Shown in pieces: positions 1 through 14,481 of a DNA stretch of 64,000 bases. The notes beneath the pieces were generated by a model that had not been told where the DNA came from, did not search any database, and was given only the letters and a program-made list of their open reading frames with translations. Position 1 is the stretch's first letter; every line of letters starts with the position of its first letter. This DNA comes from Flaccisagitta enflata (taxonomy: Eukaryota): the NCBI GenBank assembly GCA_965153355.1, contig OZ231126.1, positions 22,940,001 through 23,004,000 on the forward strand, written 5' to 3'. The position numbers were made by a program, and so were the translations under genes.

Positions 1-136
1 TTTTCTCCACTTTTCATTTGCTTTTCCTTCAGTCGTCTATTAGCCATGAATGAATGCGAAAAAAGTCGGAAATAGCAGTTCTTTTTTTCTTTCATCCATT
101 TTTGGGGAGGAGCACCATGAAATATGCAGTTTTTGC

Positions 137-219
<83 letters not shown>

Positions 220-1263
220 AAAATAGAAAGCGAGAGAGAATATTTTAAGTAAAACCCAAACCGAGTTGAGTCATTTAGATATGTATGAAATGAAATGAAA
301 TACATGTATTTCTCTGGGTATCTAGTCTACACGAGTACAATTGTTATAAATTAAATTTCCAGATGGATTGCAAGTAAGCCAAAAATCCTACGTAGAGTAG
401 TAAAAACAGAATGGATAGAGGCAACATTACAATAACAGTGTGATAATAAAGTGTAAGGGAAATCCACTTATGTTGTTGGAAGCTTGAAAGCTGCAAACCA
501 GATAAGGAACGGATTGGTTAAGATTGTGGACTAAAACAATGAAAGATGATATCGGAGTTTCTTGAAAAAGATCCTCCTCCCGTCATCCAGCTCCCAACAG
601 CCGACTTGTCAAGAGTTGCAGGCGTATGGAAGGCATGGTAACACGGATATCGTCATGAGCGGCGTTGAGAAGTGAACTAGGCTGTCGGGAGAGCAAATCT
701 AGGAGAAGGGAGGAGAGAAGTTTGTTAATTCACAGGAACTTGAACCAGAAGTAGGTTGTTTTTTTTTTACTTAGTTACAAAGAAAGGACTCATGTGGAAG
801 CCAGGAAAGACAACCAGAAGATATATATGTCCTCCTCTCTGTGTTCTTACTTATGAATGATTAACGGGGCATGAAAAGAAAGCGAGAAAAGAGGATCTGC
901 AACCTCTTTTCCTCTTTCTTAAAGGCAGATACGATAAGTTGTGTGGGAAATTCCTTGGCTAATAAAAGGGTTGGAGAGAAGACATTGAAGGGTTGGGTTT
1001 CCAATACAAGAAACACACGCACGCGGCAATAAAAAGAATAAAGGGAAGATTCATAAGCAGAGAGACACTCATGACGAACTTTTAAAATGAATTGCTCATA
1101 AAAACTAACGTTTGGATGGGGCAGTGAGAGGAGGCAGTGGGAGGAGGACTGATGTATACAGAGGGAGAGAAAGAAGAAGAAGAAGAAGAAGAACAAGAAG
1201 AAGAAGAAAAACAAGAAGAAGAAAAACAAGAAGAAGAAAAAGAAAAAGAAAAAGAGAAAGAGA

Positions 1264-1328
<65 letters not shown>

Positions 1329-1572
1329 TGAGAGTTAGCGAGAGAGAAAGAGATGTGAGAGAGTGAGAGAAAAGCGATCATTTTTTACAACGGGGCAATA
1401 ACACTATAAAAGAAAAGGAGATAGGATACTTTAGTAAGCGACCCCCTTGATCGTTGCCTGACGAGCCTTCGCTCTGCAGACTCCCTCTACAACATCAACG
1501 GACGTATAAAAACCTCTAAACCGAGTCGTAAAAACGGTCATTATAATCAGCACTAAGAAGAACGATGGCACT

Positions 1573-1650
<78 letters not shown>

Positions 1651-2208
1651 ATGAATGAAACAACGAATAAATCTATGAATGAATGAATGAATGAATGTAT
1701 GAATGAATGAATGAATGAATGAATGAATGAATGAATGAATAAATGAATAAATGCATGAGTGAATGAATAAATGTTTGAATGAGTGTATGAATGAATGATC
1801 TAGTGAATGAATGAATAAATGAATGAATAAATGAATAAATGATTGAATGATTGAATGATTGAATGATTGAATGATTGAATCAGGGCTCGGCAAAGTAGCC
1901 GAGCGCGCGAGCGGCGCTCGCAGGAAGCTAGCTAGGCCAGCAGGAAGGGAGGGAAGGAAGGGAAAGAAGGAAGGGAGAGAAAAAGAGTCAAAGGAAAGGA
2001 AGAAAAAAAGAAAAAGGGGAAGGAAGGAAGAAAAAAAGGGAAAGAAAAAGAAAGAAAGAAAAAAAGGAAAAAGAAAGAAAAAAGAAAGAAAAAAAAGAAA
2101 AAAGAAAGAAATGAAGTAAGAGAATAATGCAAAAAAAAAAAAAAAAGAAAAAAAAAGAAATAATACAGGGGGAAATGGAACATTGGCATTGGAAGAAAGA
2201 AGGAAAGG

Positions 2209-2379
2209 AAACAAGGCCGGATACACGGCATCCAGTCGCAGATGGTTGGGCAGGAGCAGTAGTGCAAAAACCGCTCGGAATTCAAAAATGTGACGGACGG
2301 ACGGACCGACAGACCTACCGACCGACCGACCTACCGACCGACATGGCAAGGTGTAGAGTCGCGTGTCCGCGACTAAAAA
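2209..2379 (-). mobile_element. Family A Helentron-associated (HINE/DINE-1-like) element
   Basis: On -: ttttagtcgcggacacgcgactctac, then (GGTC/CCGT)n, then gccgtgtatccggccttgtt; T-rich insertion site, no clear TSD. Confidence 0.8.
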
Positions 2380-3177
2380 TGAAAAAAAAAACAAGGAAAG
2401 AAGGAAGGAAGGAAAGAAGAAGAAAGGAAGGAATGAAGAAAGGAAGGGAGGAAGGAAGGAGGGAAGGAAAGAAATAAGGAAGAACAGACATCAAAAAATG
2501 CAGTAGATAAGGAAGCAAAGAACTGAAAGAAGGAAGGAAAAGAGAAGTTTCACAAGCCCATGAGGGCAACAATTGCACGCTCCGTTTTTCAGTTATACAA
2601 CTTCCAAACTACATAATTACAAATTAACCAAATTACACAATACAAAAATATTGAAATCTTATTTTAAAAAATTTCCTTCCTTCCTTTTTTTTTCCATTCG
2701 TTTCCTCCCTTCCCTTTGTTATTTTCTTTCCTCCCTTCCTTTCTCCCCTCCCCTCCTTTCTTTCCTGTCTTCCTTCCATTTGTACCTTCCATACTTTCTT
2801 CCTTCCTTCCTTCCTTCCTTTCTTTCCCTTCCTTCCATTCCTTTCCTTCCTTCCCTTACTTCTATTCCTTCTCTTCTTTCCCTTTCATCCCTTCCTTCCC
2901 TTCCTTCTCTACCTTTCTTTCCCTCCTTCCTTTCCTTCTCTTTCTGCTTTCCTTTCTTTCCTAGCTCCATTTCCTTCCTTCTCCCTTACCTTCCTTGCTT
3001 CCTTCCTCCCGTTTCTCCATTCCTTCATTTCCGCCCTTCCCTCCTCTTTTTCTCCTCCCTTCCTTCCTTTCTTCCTTCTTTCTTTCCTTGCTGCTATCCT
3101 AACTTCCATTCCCTACTCCTTTCTTTTTTCCATTCCTTTCCTCCCTTCCTTAAAAAAACAAAAAAAGTCAAAAATCT

Positions 3178-4035
3178 AACAAGTCATCCAAGGATCGCAC
3201 ATGGTCAGCGGTACCCGATGCCCTGCTTGGAGTGATAGCTGAAGATGTGAAGTGAGAGCAGGGCAGCGGCCGTAAAGGGCCGATGGCCTGTACAGTAGAT
3301 GTTGTCTATACTTGGAGATACGGGGGCCCTCATATCTTAATTATCATTTATGCAAATGAAATGAAATTGTGTGTGTATGATGCTTATGTCCTATAGGGTT
3401 GACAATGAGGTGTGGCAGCTCTGTGGATAGAAAATTCTCTTAAATATACTAAATCAAATTCGCTTAGTGTAAACAACTGTTAGAATTAGTCTAGTGGGTA
3501 ACTCACTCGACTTGGTTCCAGGTTCGAATTCTGGGCTGGTTTTGCAATTCAAGCCAACAGATGAAGCTGAAATTCTGCAAAAAAAGTAATTGACCCTAAA
3601 ATTTTATACTAACAGTTTTTTTCACTCATGTAAGCCGTAAGGGAATGCCACACCCTATCGTCAACCCTTTAGGGTCTATAGATTACACCAGCAAAATATC
3701 AGTCCCCTCACTTAACTAATGCTCAGGCTATGAGCTCCCCCATATTTCCAAGTCTAGACGACATCTACTGTAGGACACAGGGGTGCATTTCCATACAGCC
3801 TGAGAAGGCATATTTGAGGCCTTTGGAGCAATTTTCCATGATACCCAATCAATTTGCCATGTTATTCAATGGGAATTTCACAATCCTTTTAGTTTTCATC
3901 AAGTTTCAATGTTATTGAATGGGAATATTATATCTTATCAATTTCCCATGTTATTTAGGAGGACAAACGTACGTAATTAATGGTTGACCCCTGTGTCCTA
4001 CAGGACATTGGTCCTTTGGGGCCACTGCCCAAAAA
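3178..4035 (-). mobile_element. Family B HINE-like element
   Basis: Same 3' tail and long subterminal inverted repeat as 47238-47836. Confidence 0.8.
3293..3770. mobile_element. TA-flanked (Tc1/mariner-type) MITE
   Basis: About 33-bp imperfect TIRs cagtagatgt(t/c)gtcta(t/g)acttgga; the TA duplication splits the host motif cctgTAggacac. Confidence 0.85.
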
Positions 4036-5137
4036 GGATGGATGGATAGACAGAAAAATGGACCGACAACCATGTAGAGTTTCATAGTACTATGCTTATA
4101 TTCATTTGATACAAGGGAAAATTGACGCAAAAATTATACGCGTTTCTAGCAGGAAGGTACAGCTTGAGAAATTTCGCTCGCAGGAAGCAAAATATTTTGC
4201 CGAGCCCTGGATTGAATGATTGAATGATTGAATGATTAAAAGATTGAATGATTGAATGATTGAATGAATGAATGAATGACGGAAGAAAGGGATGAAAGAA
4301 TCAGGAAATACATAAATGAATAGGTTGATGCAATAATAAGTAGTTGAGGGGAACAGCAACAGAAACAGGAAAGAAAGACATGTCAATAGGGCAGACAGTA
4401 AAACAGATAACGAGATAAGCTTAACGCAGACCAAGATAAGCACAATATGTGAACCCAAGTACAGAGAGAGGCAGACATCGTGAAGGTTCAGCGCAAGATA
4501 GAAAACCCTACCCGACCAAAGGACAAACAGGCAGATAGACAGACTAGCAGATAAAGACGGTAGCGGAGAAAGAATTGCACGCATGCATTTTGCACAGAGA
4601 TAGCGTTGCCGAGAACAACCTTGGCAGCCAAGTCTCAGCTTTATCGTGCTTGATATCATCCCACCAGCATTGGCTGACTCTCTGCCTGTGTAGCCTGTCG
4701 CTCTGACTGTCTCTCTTTCTACTTCTGTTTGTGTGTCTGTCTTTGTGTGTGTGTGTGTGTGTGTGTCTCTCTCTCTCTCCTTCCTTATATCACCATTTGC
4801 ACCACCCACTCTCCCTCACCACCTCCGTCTCGAGAGTTAAAATCAAGTTTATGGTAATGAAGGGGGAATTTTATGGTCGATTGAGGAGTATGAAGATCGT
4901 GGTGATGAATGGAATATATCGCCGAGTAGCGCCGGAAACAATTTTTCTCCATATCGTAGTTTCTTTTCACATTTCTAGTTATTTTTTCTTTTTGAATGAA
5001 AAAGTTGAATTATGTAGCGCTTTGGATGAGGAATACAGGAGTTACATGAATCAGAGATTGCGAATATATGGAGGTAGGAGATGCCGCAGCTTATCAAGTG
5101 TTGGTAGGATCAAAATGCACATAGGTGCGAAAATGTC

Positions 5138-5324
5138 TTTAGTCGCATGCTACGCGACTCTACACCCCGCTTTGTCCGTCCGTTGGTCGGTCGGTCCTTT
5201 GGTCCGTCCGTCACACTACATTTTTTTTTGTGGTCACTGCACCCGCCCAAATGATGAGTTGACCTCAAATACTGCCCCTGCCCACTTGCACACGACTGGG
5301 GTTGCCGTGTATCCGGCCTTGTTT
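5138..5324 (+). mobile_element. Family A HINE-like element
   Basis: 5' palindrome agtcgc..gcgact, tetranucleotide microsatellite, 3' hairpin gccg-tgtatc-cggc plus cttgtt. Confidence 0.8.
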
Positions 5325-5608
5325 CTAAACGTCCATGATTGGTCGTGTCTGTCCATCCGTTTGAATTCGCACAAAATTCGCTCAATTGACACATATGTGT
5401 CAATTTCTACGTTGCATCGCATTTGTCAATTTGTCCAACCATTTATCGATTGTTTTGGATAAGATCACAATCCAGTCATGAATCCTACATGTGAAGAAGA
5501 GGGACACATTAAAAACCAAATCATCACTATCATTACCATTACTTTTTGCACTAAACAATGCCCCTTGTCGAGTGGGCTATCGATGTTGAGGGTATTGAGT
5601 TTCTATCG

Positions 5609-5716
5609 AACAAGGCCAAGTAGGCCAATAATGTGCGACGTGTGGATCGTCGAACGATTGCGTTACAGACCAACGGACACAGCCAATTATAGAGGTGCTT
5701 TGTCGCACCTAAAAAT
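5609..5716 (-). mobile_element. Family C HINE-like element (second copy 52110-52252)
   Basis: On -: ttttaggtgcgacaaagcacctctata ... ggcctacttggccttgtt. Confidence 0.75.
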
Positions 5717-5833
5717 GTTCCGCTGTTGTTTTTATTCATGCTGTTGACTCGTTAAGTTTTGTAACGACGTCTGTCTTTTGCGTTACTCAAACATTGCCTT
5801 TTGCTAAGAGATATCTTTTCGGGAGTTGACAGT

Positions 5834-5948
<115 letters not shown>

Positions 5949-6609
5949 TCTCTCCTATGCTATAGTCAACGCTCTCATAAAACCCCCACAATATGTGATC
6001 CATCCTCACATCATTCTACAAATGGTTAGGGCGAAATTCAACAAAAACAATAAACGACGATGTATTTTAAAAAGGATGAATTCATTATCTTTAAAAAAGA
6101 CATTGCCCGTGATTTTTTTTTCTTTGGTCACTCGCTTACTGATTAGTTTTTTGAGCTCTTGAATGTATCACTTTGCATAGCTTTATATACTCTTTTCTCT
6201 ACTCATTGAAGTGGTGTTGTTGTTGTTAAAGTATTAGGAAATCAAATAAATCAAACGTTTATGTCAATGACCTTATCATTATCTATAAACAATGGCAAAA
6301 AGCTATCATAAAGTTCTAAACATCAATAGTTTGTCAATCAGATGAACCTCAGTCCAACATATATGCAGAATCTTTCCGTTCGTGCGCGTTTTATCGTGAC
6401 CCTTCTCATGCCGTCAGGGCCGGAGAATGAGTTGGAGGATAAAGGCCGACCAGGTGACCCTCCACCATCTCCTCGTCCTCTTCTCTCCTTCCTCCCCCCC
6501 CCCCTTCGCATGCCGTTGGGGCCGGGGACTTACACTGAGGCCAACCAGACGGCCTAAAAGCCAACAACTATTTGGTTCTTTTTTTTCACCACACCACCTC
6601 CATCTCTAC

Positions 6610-6790
6610 CACCACCGGCCACCGCCACCCCCGCCACCCCCACCACCGGCCACCGCCACCACCACCACCACCACCACCACCACCACCACCACCACCACCA
6701 CCACCACCACCACCACCACCACCACCACCACCACCCACTTCAACTTCTCTTCTACCACCATTGCCAGCTCCTCCTCCTCCTCCTCCTCCA
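6610..6790. repeat. (CCA)n and (CCT)n microsatellites
   Basis: Direct observation. Confidence 0.95.
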
Positions 6791-8674
6791 CCCCCTCATC
6801 TTCCCCCTAGTCCCCTTCTACTCCTTCTGAGCCCTAAGCCCATTTGCGTCAAGCGAATTTTGAAAAGTGCTCATTTGGATGACGTTTATGAGATGGGGAG
6901 GGCCGAAGGGCCGAGGACCCGCGAGGACCAACCAAGGCCCAAACCATCGCGAAAAGGAAAAACTCTCAATTCAAAAGTAAAGAAAAATATTTTATCGAAT
7001 TTGAAGCTAAAGAAAGAAAAAGAAAAAAGAAGAAGAAGGAAATACAACTTTTTTAAGTGCCCGCGGGGTTAGAGTATGGGAACGCAATCAAAGAGAAAAA
7101 AAATGTCAGGGTTGCATTGGTTGCTCAACGATACCCTATGGACATCATGAAAATAATGGTTGGTGCTCACCAATTCATTTCACCTACAGTTGAGCTTTGC
7201 TGGAGCATTTAGGTTATGTCTTATAGTGAAGCTGCCTCATTGCCATTACAGTTATACCTAAAAAATCAATTAAGAAACAGAAACATGCCTTGATAGTGGG
7301 TGCGCTCTTGCGGCGCTCCCCTGTACTAATTTCAGCGTTTCATCGTTGAATTGATTCCAAACTAGCATTTGCAGGTAACGAACTATGGAAATTAAAGAGG
7401 AAAAAAACCTTTAAACAAGGAGTTTGAGTTTGAGGCTATCATTTGTCTCTACAGATTGAAATTTAGGCACAGAGGCTTCAGGGCCGCTGCCAAAAGCAGA
7501 GAGAGAGAGAGAGTCGTATCCTTTCAAATTTGTTTGATTTGCGACATTCTTTTATTCGATTCTCATGAAATTTTGAAGAGCTTCACAGTCAGTTTGAATA
7601 ACCACAAAGACTTCCATAGGGAACGCAGAATAAAGGTTGCTGTGTGTAAACGAACGTTCATTACCACCGAGAGGGTTAAAAGGGTAGTGTAACATTTGGG
7701 AAAAAATAAATATTACTACATGAGTCGATGGCATAAGAAAAAAAATGAGAAAAATGATATTTCAGTTGAAGAGAGCACAGGAACGCCCCAATCATAGTAC
7801 AGCAAACCAGGAAAGTGCTGCGGAATTGAATGTAAACTACGATTAGATCGGCCAAAAAAAAAACGAATATTTGAGGATTCTAACATTTCACATATCGTTT
7901 TAGGGGAGTGTATGTTTGCACTGTCGGTTACGTTGCCACTGTTCTTTTACCTGGTTTTTTTACGTGCCTAATGCTGTTAAAGAAAATTCAAAAAGTGTTG
8001 AAAAAAAAGTCTCAAAAAAGTTAGAAAATTCTAAGACTTAAAAGGAGTTAACTAGCAACATGGTCTATTCGTCTGGTCGAATAGGAAGGCTTTAAACGAG
8101 AAGCATCGAATCTTATTTTATGCCAACCTTTTTTTTCCACGCAGTCCAGCTGACTGGGGCAGTGTGAAAGACGACACAAAATCTTAAGTACCTCGTGCCT
8201 AGCATTACATGTTTACACGTTATGTCGTTTTAATGCCATTTTGTTTCAAGGCGCTTTTACAGGTCAAACCCGTAGAAGTCCAAACCAGATAATTTTTCGC
8301 ACCGAAAAATTGATGTATTTCCTCACTTATGGCGTCGTTTCAATTACAACGTATGTCTCGACATCAGGTCTGGAAATGAGGAAAATGTCTAGACTACAAG
8401 GCTAGCCAAAACTGTGTCTGTTCAGCCACCATTTCTACGCGACTACATTCTCTTCCATTCTCTTTTTAAGAGGCTGGATAGGTAGGTAATGAAAAATTTG
8501 ATATGAAGCGAAATCGACAGAAATAGTGATATCTTAGAACTACTGCTCCTGCCAAGACACATTACAGCCCCCGCCCTACCCCATACTGCCCCTGCCCACA
8601 CGCTAGGGACTACCCATTGGCCGTGTATCCGGCCTTGTTTCGTTTTCTTTTGTTTATTTTCCATTTCCACGTCT

Positions 8675-8699
8675 TTTCTTCTTCTTCTTCTTCTTCTTC

Positions 8700-8731
<32 letters not shown>

Positions 8732-8740
8732 CTTCTTCTT

Positions 8741-8771
<31 letters not shown>

Positions 8772-8849
8772 TTCTTCTTCTTCTTCTTCTTCTTCTTCTC
8801 CTTCTCCTTCTCCTTCTTCTTTTTCTCCTTCTTCTTCTTCTCCTTCTTC

Positions 8850-8881
<32 letters not shown>

Positions 8882-8936
8882 CTTCTTCTTCTTCTTCTTC
8901 TTCTTCTTCTTCTTCTTCTTCTTCTTCTTCTTCTTC
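8675..8936. repeat. (TCT)n microsatellite
   Basis: Direct observation. Confidence 0.95.
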
Positions 8937-10162
8937 AGTCCCAAATTGTTTGTGACGTCCCCCTCGTTCATACTATCCGTCTCTTTTACTATCTTCTCCT
9001 CTCTCTCTAATTCTTCTCTCCAGAATCAGGAATCGTTTAACTGGGGCAATCATCTCGTCGTTCATGTCATCCTCGTCATCCTCAGCTTAGAAGTCGAGAT
9101 CATTGATGTTTCATTTATTGGCATCTTTTAGTCTTCGACTTTCGTCATTAAGAAGCTTTTCCACGTCATCGATGTCATTAACTTCAGAATCGTCACTGGC
9201 GTCATTCCGTCTGTGTCATGGATGATTTCGTTACCAGCAAGTGAGCCCAAAGTTCCCTTACGCCAGACGCATTTTCGTAAGGCCAAATCCAGTTACATTT
9301 TCGTCAATCTCCTTCTCGACATTTGACCCAGAAAGGAAAAGTGGCAGAGGAAATATACGCTGAAATGTCAACCGACGATGTCATGAACTCATGGTTCGCT
9401 TACTGCTATCCCGAAGCATCGATTCAGATTTCCGTGATTAAATCAAAAGAGCTGTCTTTCAAATACGACCAATCTGATGATACCTCTTTTTAGGTGTCCG
9501 TGTAGTTATGGGCAAGATGGTACAATATCGTCGTGGATGGATGGGCAGGGGCTTAAAACCCCCTTTCACGCCCCCTTTTAACTCGATCATCATGGACCGA
9601 CGTACTTCCGGATAACCGATGGACGGACAAAGCCTCTTATAGACTCGCAAGTCCGCGACTGAAAACCAACTGTTATGACAGGTGGAACAACATCCCTCAC
9701 TATACCCAAACTATTGAAGAGGGCCTTCCTTATGATACTTTTCACTCAGAACTAACGTGAGAGCACAGCTTGCACCGGCTAGCAAAGTTTTCCTTCTCAT
9801 AGAGAGATAACCATGCTCCTAAAAATCTTCCTTAATCGCTATAATGTATTCTTCAGATCTTCTCACCTGCTTTCGGCATTGGACGCCAAAAGCCGTCTTC
9901 TTCGGAACGACCTTTAAAGTCATTGATTTTAACCTTGAACCATGAAAAGAAATAAGTATGGTATGTAGCGTAATGCGAATGATCGCTCGCCAGCAACTCA
10001 GAACGACCACGCGATTTTAGAAATGTTTGCGTCTTTCCGTTTGTCATCCTAGCTGTCTCACCGGATTTGGGTATTTATCAGTGTATGGCGGTTGCCTCTC
10101 TCTCTCGCCTTTCTGCTCTGTCCGTTTCTCTGTCTCTGTCTGTCTCTCTGTCTGTCTCTCTG

Positions 10163-10253
<91 letters not shown>

Positions 10254-10262
10254 CTCTCTCTC

Positions 10263-10297
<35 letters not shown>

Positions 10298-10415
10298 TTC
10301 TGTCTGTCTGTGTCTGTCTGTCTGTGTCTCTCTGTCTCTCTCTCTATATCTATATATATATCTATATCTATCCTATCTCTATATCTCTCTCTCTCTCTCT
10401 CTCTCTGTCTGTCTG

Positions 10416-10497
<82 letters not shown>

Positions 10498-10786
10498 ATA
10501 TATATATATCTCTCTCTCTCTCTCTCAATATGTAAAGGTGCCTTGCAGATTTTTTCCAAGACTTAATCATTAATGTGAAATGTCTTATAACTTAAACAGA
10601 GCAGCAGTGTGAAGGGTGAGGGTGAAAACAAGTTGGAAGCAGAATTTACTAAAGCGTCATAATAAAAAAAAGAAGTTTGTGATTATGAAAACAAAGGCCA
10701 AGAACATGAGCTAGCAGAAAGGTGAATCGATTTCGATTTAGTGCTGTGGATAGAAACGTTACTGTAACAATTAAAAAACAAAAAAC

Positions 10787-10841
<55 letters not shown>

Positions 10842-12793
10842 AGAAAGGGCGGCTTGTTTCCAAGGATTTGCGTTTGAGTGAGAATCTTTCTTCTTGGCCG
10901 CGATTTTGTCTGCTTTTGGTGCGTCTCTTTTGTCTCCTTGAATTCCCCTTTGTTGGCGGCATTGAATACAATCACACGGATCTCTGAATCTAAGGTCAAC
11001 TAATGGCTGAAACGGCAGAGAAAATGAGAGATGGAGTAAATGGGAGCGATAGGGAGAGAGAGAGAGACACTAAAGCACATAGCACCGCTCCCCACCCACT
11101 TATCGTCTGAAAACAGAAACAAAGATGACTCAGAAAGAGTGAATGTAACAGAATACTGAAAAACGGTTTCTTTTCAAATGGTTTTGGCTTTGGTTTTGGT
11201 TTTCAAATGGTTTTGGTTCAATTTGGATATCTTTTTCCATCCGCCTCACGAACGGCAATTGATTTGAGGGGGAAAATGAAAAATTGATAGATGCATGAAG
11301 AATACTGTACTCAAAATACTTTATACTATTCACCGAAAGACGCACGATTAGTGGACCAACAAGAGGGAGGCTGCAAAAATGGTCTGCAAAAAAGTCTTTC
11401 GATAAAATAGTCGCAAAAAAAGAAAAAAAAAGAGAGAGAAACTCGAGCGCGTGGCAGCATCAAGTTGAAAGAGCGATAGATCCGGTTTATCTCTGACAGG
11501 CCATCTACCGTTTGATACACATGAAACCAAGACAAATGAGCAGTGGAGAAAATGGAAATGCCAGATTGACGCCGATGGTTAGAGCCAATGAAGGGGGGAA
11601 TGAGATGGAAGGAGGAAGAAGAAGAAGAAGAAGAAGAAGAAGTAGGTAGGTGGAGAAAAAAGGGGAAATAAGATGAAACTGAATAGATCCAAAGGGCATG
11701 CAGGTAACGTAAGAGGTTAAGGAAAGGTTATTCGTCGGCGCCTCCACGTTGGTTCATTTCTCGGGTCATTGATTGCCGGCAAATCAATCCAAAGCAATTC
11801 TCAGCGGTGCTAAACCTCGATAAAAGTGACAGCAAAACTGCAAAAACCAATTTCATTCTCATCGCTGAAGAAAAATTACTACCTCTCGATTTCAGGCTTC
11901 GTGGAGGGCTGATTCAATGTAGATGTGGCTGAATAAAAAACTTTTTAGTTGAAACAGTTGATACAGAACTGTTTAGCTGTTCAGTTGTACGATGCTCAAG
12001 AAAACTAGTCTTTTGCTTGATACAGTTCATTCAAAGCCAGAGATGGCATATTCAAGACCTGAGAAGGTCCATTAGAATAAGAAACTAGATTGTTATTTCA
12101 AGATCTGAAGGGGCAAACGGAGCCCCTGTTGCCATGCATATTAGGATGTCAAAAAAATTCAAACTCCAAGCCTTCCTCAGCTTCGTCAGTGATTCAAGAC
12201 AGACTAAAAAGAGCTGAGCGATACTTTCACATACTACTGGAGAAAACTAAAATAGGCAGAATTTAAGAAAAAAAAGTAATGAACCCATTTTTATGCTAAG
12301 GATCCTTTCACTACACCAGCGTGAAAGAATGTTAACGGAGAGGAGGAATGAGAGAGAGAGAGAGAGAGAGACAGAAAGACAGACAGACAGAGATATAGGC
12401 AGAAACAGACCAGGACTGAAAGACTGAGAGGGAGACAAAAGGAAACATGGCGGCGGAGAAAGAGGCAGTGAAACAGTAAGACAGAGAGACAGAGATATGT
12501 AGTACGATGCAAACATTGACAGAAAGAAAGAGAGGCAGAGAAAAACATAGTGCGCGGCAAAGTTCCCTTGCTTTACGACTCCAAAGATGGCTTTTTTGAG
12601 AATTCGACAATATAACGCCGCTTTGGCCCGGAGCTGAGGAAAAAACGGTTGATCGTCGGCCAATCACCAACCGAGTAACAACAACCAACGACCAATCAGA
12701 AAACGCAGAACGAGCATCAAATGGGGAGAAGGCATTGGCACGGCGGCAGAATCAATACGGAATAAAATCACCCATGGAGATTTTTTATGGTGA

Positions 12794-12886
<93 letters not shown>

Positions 12887-12984
12887 GAGTGCCTGATTGT
12901 CCGCCTGTCCGCTTCTGCTATCGTCTCTCTTGCCACCCATCCTCCTGTCACTCTTTCACTGTCTCCTTCACCTCCTCAACCACC

Positions 12985-13205
12985 TCTCCCGCCGCCACTT
13001 TCGCTTTTGCTTCCACCGCCTCTGCCGCTGTCACCGCCTCTTCCGCCGCCGCCTCTGCCGCCACCACTTCCGCCGCCACCTCCGCCGCCACCACTGCCGC
13101 CGCCGCCGCTTCTGCCGCCACCATTGCTGCCATCTCCGCCGTCGCTGCTGCCGCCACCACTGTCGCCGCTCCCGCCGCTACTTCCGCTGCCTCCTTTGCC
13201 GCCGA
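12985..13205. repeat. Degenerate (GCC)n repeat
   Basis: Direct observation. Confidence 0.85.
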
Positions 13206-14073
13206 TTTTACGGCGCCGAATTCTAATTTTCGTATCGTCGAATTTCCTCCCCAAAAAGCGTCGTTTTCCATTCAAACTCGAGCAGTTATCCATTGAAACT
13301 TCTTCGTAGTCGTACAGCCGAAGGCGAAAATTCGTAGCAAATGGGTTGTTTCGTTGAGAGAATAGCCTCCGCTTAGGAGCGCGCGGCGTCGTTGCTATGT
13401 CGAGCCTTACAGTTCCATTCTAATTAATTTGCACAATATCGATCGCCGTTCAAAAATGTGTATACGCTTACAATGGCATCGCTTTTTGTCATTTGTTTAA
13501 TGCTGCTTATTTTCAAAGTTTACATTCTTCCCACTAAGATTCTGATTTTTTTTCACTCCACCTTTAAAGCTTCCTTGGGATATTTGCTAAATATCTTGCC
13601 CTACACCAGAATCAATCATATCATCGTTTATCGTCATTCGCCAGCAAAACTGAAGTCATTGTTTTCAAGTTTCAAGACGTTATGACAGCAGCGTCATCTT
13701 TCAAAGCGTCATCGTTGTTAGTATCGCGGTTGTCAACAGCATATTTGCTTACAGCATTAAATCAACTTCAGTAACGTCGTGATATTACGTCAGCATCACA
13801 TTCCTCATCAGAATCACTATCGTCAGCATCTTTGCGTTTGTCGTCAGTATCGTCATGTTGTATTGACGCCACCAGGCACGCCACCAGCATCATTTTTCCC
13901 CTTCGACGCCGTTTTACCAGCACGCCATTGCTCTCGGAGCCGGCATTGTCGGCACTACCGGCTCTTTCGGCGTCTTTTCCCATAAGCTTTTGCCTTATGA
14001 CGTCATTTCTGGTTTTATGATCGTCCTTAAGATGTCGCTGCCGACGCCATAAGAAAAAAGAAAAAAATGGCAC

Positions 14074-14137
<64 letters not shown>

Positions 14138-14481
14138 GCACGCATTTCGTTACCTAGCAACGGCATTTCCTTACCTGGCAACGACCTCAACGATGATTGA
14201 CGTCCCCATAAAAGCAAATTGCAAAAGTCTTGCAATGTTTTTTTCATTTGAGCGTCGCGAAACTTTTGTGTTTGAGAGACATCAACCAGCAACTTGGCCC
14301 GCACATTGTCATTCGCCTCTACTTATTTTCTCTTTTTCACTCTACGTCTCTCTCTCTTACTAATCCCTCCCACCACCCCCCCCCCAACTACCCCCCTCTT
14401 CCACAATTAGTCTTAAGCCTGAGCGCTCTTCTGTGATATAATTGGAAGCAGATAAACTTGATTAAGAATATGAAATGATAA

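Larger units (their letters stand above)
1881..4209. mobile_element. hAT-like MITE containing nested elements
   Basis: 17-bp TIRs cagggctcggcaaa(g/a)ta; 8-bp flanking duplication gattgaat; splits a (GATTGAAT)n tract. Confidence 0.85.

Noticed and set aside
3500..3545. GGTTCGAATTC B-box-like motif suggesting a tRNA or SINE
   Set aside because: No cloverleaf could be built; it lies inside a MITE.
9030..9210. Acidic peptide on the - strand (NDASDDSEVNDIDDVEKLL)
   Set aside because: Interrupted by stops; consistent with decayed (GAT/GAC)n.
12787..13309. Ala/Pro/Gly-rich ORFs
   Set aside because: Degenerate (GCC)n open in nearly all frames, with no convincing splice or start context.
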